From assembly GCA_964450885.1 (NCBI GenBank), contig CAYVFE010000001.1:1278-65277 (forward strand): a DNA stretch of 64,000 nt, given 5' to 3'. Made by a program: the position numbers and the translations under genes. Below are positions 45,859 through 55,331 of this stretch, in pieces. The notes beneath the pieces were generated by a model that had not been told where the DNA came from, searched no databases, and was given only the letters and a program-made list of their open reading frames with translations. Origin of the DNA: an uncultured Gammaproteobacteria bacterium. Lineage in GTDB: Bacteria > Patescibacteriota > Microgenomatia > Levybacterales > GWA1-39-11. Each line of letters begins with the position of its first letter. Position 1 is the first letter of the stretch.

Positions 45859-47469
45859 GTGTTGCACATCGCAATTTACCGCAATATAATTGAACATCAA
45901 TATAATATGACATTAAATTCTTACGCAAAAGTACTTAAAAAAACTTTTGAAAAACCGCACGCAGAGGCAAAGCTCTCTTCATCGACCCTAAATCCTCTCG
46001 TAAGCGAAATGGCATCGTGGTATGAAAGATTTAGAAATTCTATCGAGTACAGAGAAGAGGAAATGATTCTTCGTGCCAGCATCGAGAGGATCCTTAAAAG
46101 AAAACTTGTCCTTGGTCCTGATAAAAATAAGATTGGAGAAGATCTGGTACGGGAGCTTGCTCTTTCAAAGCATATTCCTGAGGAAAGCATCACTCAAGAG
46201 ATAACCAACCGTGTCTCAGAAAGCATAAAACTCCATCTTCGCTTAAAGGAAGTTATCGCTAAACAAAGAGTTGTAAAAGACGGACACCCCAGCTCTTTTA
46301 TACACAATATACTTTCTTCAGATATCGAGAGCATACTCAGTCCTTCAAAGGAACGTGAGACTGTAGAAAATTACATATTTCACATTCTGTCTAAAAATCT
46401 AAAGATAGAAAAAGGTGAAAGCGAAGACGAAAATGCCCAGCTGTATATCGCCATAAAAAAAACGTACTCTAAAAATGATCAGGCACTTCTCGAATATAAT
46501 TTATTCAAGCAATATTTCGGTGAGCTAACAAAGGGAAATTTTGAGAAAACCTCATCTAATTTTCCGGCAGGATACAAGACGATCAAATCTCAACTGGAGC
46601 ATCCGCTAAGATACAAAATCCTCAGCTACGTCAAACGTCAAATTCCGCCCTTTCTGATTCTAGAAGACATCCTGCGGCAGGATTCCTTCAATCTCGACCT
46701 TATCGAAAAAGATGAAGAAAAATTTAATAATCTAGTAGTTGAAACCTGCAAAAGACGTTACCAGACAATCTCTGGAAAAGTTAGACGCGCTATTATAAGA
46801 AGCATTATATTTATTGCCCTATCAAAGGTATTTTTTGCTTTTACCATAGAAGCAACCTATGACAACCTAGTCCATCAAGAGATTTTCTGGGGACCTTTAA
46901 TCGTAAACATCGTAGGACCTATCATAATCATGATAATAGTAAGTCTTCTTATAAAAATACCTGGAGAGAAAAATACGTCAGAGATACTCCGACGAATCCG
47001 CATTCTGATTACCGACAAGGATCCGTCAATCGGCAAACAGCTCACCATAAAAAGTGATGATGACAAGAAGACAAGCGCGCTATATACCTTTTTTACCCTC
47101 CTCTCGCTGACTGGATTTATAGCGATAATTGGACTTATCGTAATGCTTCTTATGCGTTTTCATTTTACCCTCGCAAGTCAGGGGATATTTCTGTTCTTTC
47201 TTTCAGTAGTCTCATTTCTTGCATACAGGATAAACCAAACAGCTCAAATCTATACTGTAGTCGAACGACAAAATTTCCTGACGCCAATAATAGACCTGTT
47301 TTTTATGCCTATCGCACGTCTCGGACGCCATCTGACAGAGGGCATATCCCAAATAAATATTTTCCTCTTTGTCCTCGACTTTCTTATAGAAACTCCCTAC
47401 AAAGGTCTTTTGTCGTTTTTTGAGCAATGGTTTTTCTTTCTTCACTCCAAAAGGGATGAGATGAGCTAG
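45859..47469 (+). CDS. Hypothetical protein: ~300-aa soluble N-domain plus polytopic C-terminal membrane domain
   Basis: 536-aa ORF with no recognisable catalytic motif. Start may be Met16 (45904). Confidence 0.45.
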   Translation: MLHIAIYRNIIEHQYNMTLNSYAKVLKKTFEKPHAEAKLSSSTLNPLVSEMASWYERFRNSIEYREEEMILRASIERILKRKLVLGPDKNKIGEDLVRELALSKHIPEESITQEITNRVSESIKLHLRLKEVIAKQRVVKDGHPSSFIHNILSSDIESILSPSKERETVENYIFHILSKNLKIEKGESEDENAQLYIAIKKTYSKNDQALLEYNLFKQYFGELTKGNFEKTSSNFPAGYKTIKSQLEHPLRYKILSYVKRQIPPFLILEDILRQDSFNLDLIEKDEEKFNNLVVETCKRRYQTISGKVRRAIIRSIIFIALSKVFFAFTIEATYDNLVHQEIFWGPLIVNIVGPIIIMIIVSLLIKIPGEKNTSEILRRIRILITDKDPSIGKQLTIKSDDDKKTSALYTFFTLLSLTGFIAIIGLIVMLLMRFHFTLASQGIFLFFLSVVSFLAYRINQTAQIYTVVERQNFLTPIIDLFFMPIARLGRHLTEGISQINIFLFVLDFLIETPYKGLLSFFEQWFFFLHSKRDEMS

Positions 47470-47690
47470 TATGTAAAAACCTCCAGTAGAACCACGAGCA
47501 AAACTACAAGAGACACAGCCATAGGAATCATCGTCAGAAATCCCAGCACTTTTTTCATAACCAGAGGCAACTTCAATCCAAATTGCTGCTCCACTCTGGT
47601 TATTTGTCCAAAATATATAGCGCTATAGACAGAGATCACTATCAGCAATGTCGATGCGATCAGTTTGAATGTTAGTAGTAATGCGTCCAT
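47466..47690 (-). CDS. Small two-TM membrane protein (hypothetical)
   Basis: 74 aa. Stop/start-coupled with the downstream gene. Confidence 0.35.
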   Translation of the reverse strand: MDALLLTFKLIASTLLIVISVYSAIYFGQITRVEQQFGLKLPLVMKKVLGFLTMIPMAVSLVVLLVVLLEVFTY

Positions 47691-47692
47691 AA

Positions 47693-48334
47693 TTATATGA
47701 TTGAACTGTTAACTAAAGGATTGCTTATCCATGATGCTACTCCGCCCTGCTCCTTGTACTTTTGCATCTCGAATGAGTCTGCAAGATGCATCGCTGCCCT
47801 TCTTGGATCTTTTATATTTTCTATAGTAAAGATCTTCTCGTTTGTCGGTCTGTCAAAAGTCATTAGCACTGTACCTACATTCATAATCTCATTAGAAAGA
47901 CCGCTTGCCTTTACGTCCACCTCTGTGCACCTTACCTGATCCAGCAAAACCTCATAGATCACCTTGGAATACATCGGTCTATAGGCAACCTCTACGATCT
48001 TCCTGTTGGTTACTATATAGAAATGAAAGAACCACTCTGCAAGATTCTTTATGAAAATCTCAAGCGAGATGCTAAGCACTATGAGAGCTATAAGCATAAA
48101 TGAAAAAAAGTAAATCGGGGCTATCATAGATGACAGTGAAACAAAAACGGAAACTCCAACTACCAAAAAGACATTAAGGGTAATTGCTGGAAACAGAACA
48201 CTCCAGTGCTGTCGTGTTGAAAAAATAAGATGCTCATCTTGAAGTGTCAGAAACTTCTTCGCGAATCTGTCTCGTAGGTTGCATTTTGCGCCAATCATAT
48301 TCGTATTCCTTTCTGTCGTACTTTGCTCGTTCAT
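47693..48334 (-). CDS. Membrane protein with bacterial PH-like (DUF304/YdbS-like) domain, tentative
   Basis: Two TM helices, then a ~100-aa cytoplasmic domain with the topology of bPH_2 proteins. Weak. Confidence 0.4.
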   Translation of the reverse strand: MNEQSTTERNTNMIGAKCNLRDRFAKKFLTLQDEHLIFSTRQHWSVLFPAITLNVFLVVGVSVFVSLSSMIAPIYFFSFMLIALIVLSISLEIFIKNLAEWFFHFYIVTNRKIVEVAYRPMYSKVIYEVLLDQVRCTEVDVKASGLSNEIMNVGTVLMTFDRPTNEKIFTIENIKDPRRAAMHLADSFEMQKYKEQGGVASWISNPLVNSSII

Positions 48335-48396
48335 AAAACCTAATCAAATATATACTCTTTAAAACCACTATGCCGTAATGTATATCACGCAAATTC

Positions 48397-48412
48397 TGTA
48401 ATCCAGATTACA
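48397..48412. promoter_or_regulatory. CRP/FNR-type palindrome TGTAA-N6-TTACA upstream of the Crp/Fnr-family regulator gene (candidate autoregulatory operator)
   Basis: 'tgtaatccagattaca' is a perfect 5-6-5 dyad, ~35 nt upstream of the GTG start at 48446, in the divergent intergenic region. Confidence 0.4.
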
Positions 48413-48445
48413 AAAACGTAAGAAAACTGTTATAATAACTTTTTA

Positions 48446-49096
48446 GTGATTGGTAGTGATCAAAAGCTAAAAAATTTCTTCAAGCAAGGCAGGCCTCTGC
48501 TCTACAAAAAAAACGAGGTCATACTGAGAGGTGACGAAGCCCCAAGCGGTATTTTTTATCTAAACAAAGGATATGTTAAAAACTATGCATTCTCAGAAAA
48601 TGGCGACGAATTCACTTTTATACTTTATAGGAAAGGAGATTTTTTCCCGATCTCCTGGACATTCAACCAAACGAGAAAGCCCTACTTCATAGAAACCCTA
48701 ACGCAATGCGTTATTTATAAAAGAGACAGAAAAGAATTCCTGGAATTTTTGACAGAAAATCCGGATGTCCTACTATACATAACCGGAAGAATAACCAAAA
48801 GATTTGATGGATTACTTGTACGCATGGAACATATGGCATTTGGAAATGCTTACAAAAAAGTCTGCTCCATCCTGTACATCCTTACAGAAAGATTTGGTAA
48901 AGAAAGAAACGGGAACGACGTAATAATAGATATGCCCCTTACACATAAGGACATCGCAAACCTGCTGGGAGTTGCCAGAGAGACTGTAAGTGTTGAGATC
49001 GCAAAACTCAAGAAAGAAAGGATCATAAAAAATGTCGGAAAACATATATACATACTCGATCTGAAAAGCTTAAAGAAAGACTCTCTCATTACTTAG
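48446..49096 (+). CDS. Crp/Fnr-family transcriptional regulator
   Basis: N-terminal cNMP-binding beta-roll. C-terminal HTH 'HKDIANLLGVARETVSVEIAKLKKERII'. GTG start. Confidence 0.8.
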   Translation: MIGSDQKLKNFFKQGRPLLYKKNEVILRGDEAPSGIFYLNKGYVKNYAFSENGDEFTFILYRKGDFFPISWTFNQTRKPYFIETLTQCVIYKRDRKEFLEFLTENPDVLLYITGRITKRFDGLLVRMEHMAFGNAYKKVCSILYILTERFGKERNGNDVIIDMPLTHKDIANLLGVARETVSVEIAKLKKERIIKNVGKHIYILDLKSLKKDSLIT

Positions 49097-49201
49097 TCGT
49101 CAAGGCTTTCATTACTTTACGCTATGTATTATCATAGAAATGTTCCGTTCTAAATTAGCGCTTTATAATAGTAAGAATTGAAATTTATTTGAATAAAGAT
49201 T

Positions 49202-49621
49202 ATGAACAAGGCAAAAAATGAAATAACAATTTACACTGATGGAGGCTCGCGCGGTAATCCTGGGGATGCTGCTTACGGATTCGTTGTCTATCAGGATGGT
49301 AGAAAAATCTACTCAGAAGGAAAGTATCTAGGAATCCAGACCAACAACTATGCTGAGTATATGGCCGTTATAAGGTCTTTTGAGTGGGTAAAAGAAAATC
49401 TCGGGGAAGACACTTTTATAGATCTCTACTGTGATTCACTGCTTGTTGCGTCACAGCTTACGGGAAAGTTTAAGGTAAAACATCCCTCTATCCTTCTTTT
49501 AGTTAAAAAGGCAAAAGGGCTTGAGAGTTATTTTACAGAAGTAAAGTATACACACGTATTGCGCGAGCATAATAAAGAAGCGGACAAAATGGTAAATATA
49601 GCACTCGATCAAAGACAGTAA
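49202..49621 (+). CDS. rnhA: Ribonuclease HI
   Basis: 'IYTDGGSRGNPG', 'NNYAEY', 'DSLLV', 'REHNKEAD' catalytic DEDD blocks. Confidence 0.85.
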   Translation: MNKAKNEITIYTDGGSRGNPGDAAYGFVVYQDGRKIYSEGKYLGIQTNNYAEYMAVIRSFEWVKENLGEDTFIDLYCDSLLVASQLTGKFKVKHPSILLLVKKAKGLESYFTEVKYTHVLREHNKEADKMVNIALDQRQ

Positions 49622-49684
49622 CTATTACCGCATAGGTTCATTTTTACTCGACAATCTCTTCTTTATTTCATACAATAATCAGGT

Positions 49685-52348
49685 ATGGGAAAACTGCTCA
49701 ATGAAGAAATTAACGATTCCAAAAAACCGTTATTTCTTATCTATACAAATAACGTCGATCTTCAACTACTCTTCCTGAAAGAATTTTCCCATAAATTATC
49801 CTTGCTTTTCGTGAGTGACAACACCCCACCTAACGAAGATACCGAATCTTATCATGTCAAAATATCAGACCTAAATCTTCTTCCGCATCTTGAGGAAAAA
49901 ATCGACTATGCGCTAGTTATGCTCACGAATCAAAAGGATAAAAACGGAATGAATCACCTGATCGAAAAGATCAAAAAAGATGAAACAAAATCTGCGTTTA
50001 TAATCCCCGCAAGCGCCTATTCTGAGTTCATAGATGTGCTGCTGGAAGTAAAAGGGGAAAACAATATTATTCCCGCAATATACGGTGACATCTTAGAGAC
50101 TGAGACTTCACAAAGTGAACTTTTAAAAATTATTCGAATGGCGCTGGGCAATGAAAAGATTAAGCTGTCCGGAAATGATCTTGCTCCGGTCTTTCCTATC
50201 TCCAGATCCGACTTTATAACTTGCGTGAAACAGCTTTTGTTCTCCAACAAATCAAACTCTTTATACTATATTTTCTATAAAGAGCCGCAAACACTACTTG
50301 CTGCGATCCATTACCTTGCCAGGATCGAGCCGGAAATAAAATTTGATCTAAACCACGAAAAGCCGGTTGAAAGATATGAGGAAAGAAGCTCGATGGATCA
50401 GACTCTTCATGACAAGTTAAATCTACCCATACATTATCTGGATAGTCATCTAAAAGGCTTCACTTATGCTGTCGAACATCTGAGAACAAAGCCGAAAAAG
50501 ACGTATATGGAAAATCGGCCTACAAAAGCAAAAAGCAGGATTAGCCTTCCAAAAGTTGGTGTATTCAAATTTAGCCCCTCCGTTTCGCTAGCTCTTTTTT
50601 CATCATTGTTATTTTTTCTATTCTTGAATATAACTGCTGGAATTCTTGGTGTAATTCTTTTAAAAGGGTCGATAACAGCATTTGAAAGCAATGACTTTGC
50701 AAAAGCAAGGGAAAAGGGGATAATGGCAAAGAATATCCTCTCCCTTCCACTTCCTACTCTAAATGTTGCACAAAGCGCGATCTCATACATTCCATTTATG
50801 GACAGCACGCATAAGACTCTTGACCTAATAACAAACACTGCAGATCTTACAGCAGTCGCATCAGTTCTCATAGAAAAACTCGATAATGCCGAAAATGGTT
50901 TTGATAAGAAAGATTTTGAGAAAATAATGCTTGACGCACAATATCTCTACCACGAAGGATCCAGGATCTTGCTTAGTCAAGACAATAGGGCAGTCATGAA
51001 TCTATTAAAACCACAAACGACAAAATCTCTCAGTATCATGCCTATCCTCCCAACGCTTCTGGGTTATGACTCGGAAAAGGAATATCTGATCCTATTTATA
51101 AATAACGCCGAGTTGAGACCTACGGGTGGATTTATAGGATCTGTAGGAAAACTGATTGTTGAGAATGGGAAGGTAAAAGAATTTGCTATACAGGATGTGT
51201 ACGACCTCGATGGCCAACTCACACACCATATCGAACCACATTACGTTATTAGACGGTATCTGCAACCACACCTTTATCTAAGAGACAGTAACTTTGACCT
51301 AGATTTCCAAAGGTCAGCAAGTATGTCAGCATTTCTGTACAATCTGGAATCAAAAAATACCCCAGATGGGGTAGTGGCTGTCGACTATAATATGGTAGAA
51401 AAGATCCTTGAGATAACTGGTCCCATAGAACTACCTGATTATAAAAAAACTATCACATCCGAAGATAGTCAGGAATTCCTGCAAGACACGATAGAGAAGG
51501 ATTTTTTCCCAGGATCTACGCAGAAAAAAGACGTTTTGAATGAACTATTTAGAAGAATCACTTTGGAGCTTGAGAAAAAACCAGAACATCTGGTAAGCAT
51601 CGGGCTTGCACTTCCGCAGCTGCTCGAACAAAAACATATACTTCTTGCCTATCAGAACCAAGATATTCAATCACTACTGTCGGCACTTAATTTTGGAGGA
51701 AATATACCAGTCTCAAATGCCGAAAATAGCAACACGATGTACGACACAATAGGTTTCAACGAAGCAAACATCGGTGTTAACAAGGTAAATAAAAATGTCT
51801 CAAGGAGTATCTCATATGAAGCAGACCTTTCATCACGTCTATCAAAAGCGCAGATATCCATAAGAAACGAAAGCACGACTGATGACTACAAGACCTATCT
51901 TCGACTTATTGTCCCAAGAAATAGTATCCTGCGCAATGTGCGTATCGACGGAGAGGAGGTCGAAACCATAGACGCCGTAACCGATTTTAGGCTTTATGAA
52001 GCCGACAATTTCTCCCCTGATCCCAATGTGCTGGAGATAGACAAAGTGGATGACTATTTCAAAACTATCTTTGGAACTGTTATAACGATAGGCAAAGGTG
52101 AAATAAAAACAATAGAATTTGAATATACGAACCCAGTGCTTTCAATCAGCGACAAAAAAGACGCCTATGAATTGCATGTAATCAAACAGCCGGGAACTCA
52201 GACAGCACCTGTATACACAAGTATTCTTTTTCCTGACGACTTTAACGCTGCGGGAGAAGACATAAACTCTTTTGGTTCAGGGAATGTTAAAATAGAGGAT
52301 AATCTTTTAACAGACTTAAATTACGAAATAAAATTCAGCAAGGACTAA
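49685..52348 (+). CDS. Large (887 aa) hypothetical protein with one TM anchor and a conserved 'NNAELRPTGGFIGS' block (DUF4012-like, tentative)
   Basis: Long uninterrupted ORF. TM near aa 290-320. The family name is recalled from the motif, not verified. Confidence 0.55.
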   Translation: MGKLLNEEINDSKKPLFLIYTNNVDLQLLFLKEFSHKLSLLFVSDNTPPNEDTESYHVKISDLNLLPHLEEKIDYALVMLTNQKDKNGMNHLIEKIKKDETKSAFIIPASAYSEFIDVLLEVKGENNIIPAIYGDILETETSQSELLKIIRMALGNEKIKLSGNDLAPVFPISRSDFITCVKQLLFSNKSNSLYYIFYKEPQTLLAAIHYLARIEPEIKFDLNHEKPVERYEERSSMDQTLHDKLNLPIHYLDSHLKGFTYAVEHLRTKPKKTYMENRPTKAKSRISLPKVGVFKFSPSVSLALFSSLLFFLFLNITAGILGVILLKGSITAFESNDFAKAREKGIMAKNILSLPLPTLNVAQSAISYIPFMDSTHKTLDLITNTADLTAVASVLIEKLDNAENGFDKKDFEKIMLDAQYLYHEGSRILLSQDNRAVMNLLKPQTTKSLSIMPILPTLLGYDSEKEYLILFINNAELRPTGGFIGSVGKLIVENGKVKEFAIQDVYDLDGQLTHHIEPHYVIRRYLQPHLYLRDSNFDLDFQRSASMSAFLYNLESKNTPDGVVAVDYNMVEKILEITGPIELPDYKKTITSEDSQEFLQDTIEKDFFPGSTQKKDVLNELFRRITLELEKKPEHLVSIGLALPQLLEQKHILLAYQNQDIQSLLSALNFGGNIPVSNAENSNTMYDTIGFNEANIGVNKVNKNVSRSISYEADLSSRLSKAQISIRNESTTDDYKTYLRLIVPRNSILRNVRIDGEEVETIDAVTDFRLYEADNFSPDPNVLEIDKVDDYFKTIFGTVITIGKGEIKTIEFEYTNPVLSISDKKDAYELHVIKQPGTQTAPVYTSILFPDDFNAAGEDINSFGSGNVKIEDNLLTDLNYEIKFSKD

Positions 52349-52349
52349 T

Positions 52350-53090
52350 ATGGCATATAACGAAAAAACTTTTAAAGACCACGTAGAAAAAGAACACAAA
52401 CAATCAAAGATCTCTGAGTATCTAAGAGAAATAGTATACGGCGGAAGTGATGGAATTGTGACAACGTTTGCGGTAGTTGCTGGATTTGCGGGAGCTCAAA
52501 GCAGTGGGGTAGCACAGTATTCAATTATGGTTGTTCTGCTTTTTGGGCTGGCAAATCTTTTTGCTGATGCCAGCTCTATGGGACTGGGGAACATTCTCTC
52601 GATTCTTGCAGATAAGGATGTATATAGGACACATAGAAAGAAGGAACTTTCTGAGATAAGAAATAATAGACAACGTGAAATTGAAGAGACATTATACATC
52701 CTGCAATCAAAAGGATACAGCAAAGAAGATGCAGCAAAAATGGCTGAGCTGTACTCGAAAAACGAACAATACTGGACTGATTTTATGATGCAATATGAGC
52801 TTGAGCTACCAAACCCAGAACAGGAGAATCCGATATCCGCAGGACTGTCAACATTTTTTTCCTTTCTTTTCTTCGGTGCGATCCCACTTTTGCCATACAT
52901 AATTTTCGGACTTAGAGAGAATACTTTTGTCATTTCCATCATATTTACACTATGTGCGCTCATTCTTTTGGGATTCGTCAGGTGGAAGGTTACTGCCCAA
53001 AAATTACTCCGATCAGTTACCGAGATAGTTTTGATAGGAGGTCTGTCTGCAGTGATAGCATATGTAGTTGGAACCTTTTTTAGGACTTAG
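52350..53090 (+). CDS. VIT1/CCC1-family Fe/Mn transporter
   Basis: 'YGGSDGIVTTFAVVAGFAGA' signature; central cytoplasmic helical domain; C-terminal TM bundle. Confidence 0.75.
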   Translation: MAYNEKTFKDHVEKEHKQSKISEYLREIVYGGSDGIVTTFAVVAGFAGAQSSGVAQYSIMVVLLFGLANLFADASSMGLGNILSILADKDVYRTHRKKELSEIRNNRQREIEETLYILQSKGYSKEDAAKMAELYSKNEQYWTDFMMQYELELPNPEQENPISAGLSTFFSFLFFGAIPLLPYIIFGLRENTFVISIIFTLCALILLGFVRWKVTAQKLLRSVTEIVLIGGLSAVIAYVVGTFFRT

Positions 53091-53135
53091 ACGGATTTGC
53101 TATAATATCAAAACTCTTAAATTGCCAAACCCCAT

Positions 53136-55331
53136 ATGAAACAAGACAAAAAGCCGAAAAGAAAAATTGGAAGATTTTTCCTAAGCAAAAAATTCAGGTT
53201 CATAGTGATGCCAATCTTCCTACTCATGATAATAGGATTTGCTGTTTTTCTGTACCTATTCGTCCTCAAAGATATTCCTCAGGCAACACAGTTAGGCTCA
53301 AGTTCGCGGCCACAATCAAGCAAGATCTTCGACCGCAATGGGGAGCTCTTATATACCATGTATACTGGTCGTAACCAGTCATTCACCCCTCTTTCCAGTA
53401 TTCCAAAATATCTCCAACAGGCGACCATCGCGATAGAGGACAGAAATTTCTATCAACATGGTGCAATCGATATACAGGGAATAATTAGAGCAGCTTGGGT
53501 AAATCTACGCGAGGAAAGGGTAGAGGGAGGATCCACACTTACACAGCAGCTGGTAAAAAGCTCTCTTCTGACACCAGAGCGGACCATTCAACGAAAAATA
53601 AAGGAGATAACTCTTTCTTTTATAGTAGAAGCGATATATTCAAAAAATAAAATTCTAGAGATGTATTTGAATCAAGTCGCGTATGGTGGTACTGCATACG
53701 GAGTTGACGCGGCAAGTCAGGTTTACTTTGACAAGAAAGTCTCAGACCTAACACTTGCAGAATCTGCATTTCTAGCAGGACTACCTCAAGCTCCCTCTAG
53801 ATACTCTCCCTTTGGATCTAACCCAGAAGAAGGGAAGGAAAGGCAAAAAAGAGTCCTTGAGGCGATGCACGACGAAGGATATATTACAGAAAATGAGATG
53901 AAAGAGGCTCTTGAAGAAGGCCTTGAATTCTCAGCAATTAGAGACGAAATTAAAGCTCCTCACTTTGTTTTTTATGTTAAGGATTACCTGACTGAAAAAT
54001 ATGGATCTGACATGGTCGAGCGTGGAGGACTAAATATCACAACGACACTAGACCTGACGACACAAAAAATCGTCGATGACGCAATAGCAACCGAAGGCGC
54101 CACACTTTCTGAAAATAACTGGTATAACGCAGCGTCTGTAGTAGCAAAACCTATGACCGGAGAAATCCTTGCGATGGCAGGGAGCAGGAACTATTTTGAT
54201 AGCGAGCACGATGGAAATGTAAATGTAGCAATAGCAAAACGGCAACCCGGCTCCTCGATAAAGCCCATAAACTTTGCCACAGGACTTATAAATGGGTATA
54301 CTGCTGCAACTCCATTTGTTGATAAACGGATCTGCTTCCCGAACCCTGGTGGCACACCGTATTGCCCTAAAAATTATGATAATTCATTTCATGGAGTAGT
54401 GCAGATGCGTGAAGCTCTGGCGAATTCATATAATATTCCTGCTGTTAAGATGCTCAAGCTCAACACCGTTGAAAGCATGATAGAAACGGCCGAAAAGATG
54501 GGAATAAGTTCATTTACAGACGAACCTGAGAGGTACGGTCTTTCCCTGACACTGGGAGGAGGAGAAGTAACCATGCTTCAGATGACTGAGGCCTTCTCCG
54601 TATTTGCAAATAGCGGCTATCGTGTTCCGCTACAGCCGATCCTCAAAATCGTAAAGTCGGATGGCGAAATATTGGAAGAATATAATCCTCCCACAAGCGT
54701 TCTTGCTGGAAAAAAGGTTATTCCTGAAGGCGTTGCGTTCATAATCTCCCATATTCTGCAGGATAACGTCGCAAGAACCCCAGCATTCGGAGCAAATTCG
54801 CCACTAAGAATTCCTGACTATCCTGTGTCTGTAAAGACTGGAACAACTAACGACTACAGAGACAACTGGACTATTGGATATACCCCGTCATTTATTACCG
54901 CTGTGTGGGTAGGTAACAACGACAACACCCCATTAAGAGGCGTAACCTCAGGTATAACAGGCGCTGCGCCTATCTGGAACGATATAATGACCATGCTCCT
55001 TGAGGGATCCGATCCTGAAGAGCTAAAGCAGCCCGAAAGCGTCATAGGGGCGACAATATGCTCTGATTCGGGACTCAGACCCCAAGCTGCAGGATCACCA
55101 TACGTCTGTCCGACCAAATATGAGTACTTCATAGAAGACACAGTACCCAAGGCGGTCGATACGGGGCTTACTAAAATCTTCGTGAATAAAGAGACAAATA
55201 CATTAGCGGCAGAGGGTGAAACTGAGAATATCGAAGAGCGTGACGGAAAAATAGTAAAGGATGCTACAGGAGACACCTACTGCACCACGTGTGCACCCCC
55301 ACAGTCTTCAGAACCTACGCCGACTCCATAG
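53136..55331 (+). CDS. Class A penicillin-binding protein (bifunctional glycosyltransferase/transpeptidase)
   Basis: GT51 motifs 'EDRNFYQHGAID' and 'GGSTLTQQLVK'. TPase 'SSIKP' (SxxK), 'SYN', 'KTGTT'. Confidence 0.9.
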   Translation: MKQDKKPKRKIGRFFLSKKFRFIVMPIFLLMIIGFAVFLYLFVLKDIPQATQLGSSSRPQSSKIFDRNGELLYTMYTGRNQSFTPLSSIPKYLQQATIAIEDRNFYQHGAIDIQGIIRAAWVNLREERVEGGSTLTQQLVKSSLLTPERTIQRKIKEITLSFIVEAIYSKNKILEMYLNQVAYGGTAYGVDAASQVYFDKKVSDLTLAESAFLAGLPQAPSRYSPFGSNPEEGKERQKRVLEAMHDEGYITENEMKEALEEGLEFSAIRDEIKAPHFVFYVKDYLTEKYGSDMVERGGLNITTTLDLTTQKIVDDAIATEGATLSENNWYNAASVVAKPMTGEILAMAGSRNYFDSEHDGNVNVAIAKRQPGSSIKPINFATGLINGYTAATPFVDKRICFPNPGGTPYCPKNYDNSFHGVVQMREALANSYNIPAVKMLKLNTVESMIETAEKMGISSFTDEPERYGLSLTLGGGEVTMLQMTEAFSVFANSGYRVPLQPILKIVKSDGEILEEYNPPTSVLAGKKVIPEGVAFIISHILQDNVARTPAFGANSPLRIPDYPVSVKTGTTNDYRDNWTIGYTPSFITAVWVGNNDNTPLRGVTSGITGAAPIWNDIMTMLLEGSDPEELKQPESVIGATICSDSGLRPQAAGSPYVCPTKYEYFIEDTVPKAVDTGLTKIFVNKETNTLAAEGETENIEERDGKIVKDATGDTYCTTCAPPQSSEPTPTP

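Noticed and set aside
52349-52350. yybP-ykoY (Mn) riboswitch upstream of the VIT1/CCC1-family transporter
   Set aside because: The transporter start is only 1 nt after the preceding gene's stop, so there is no room for a leader RNA.
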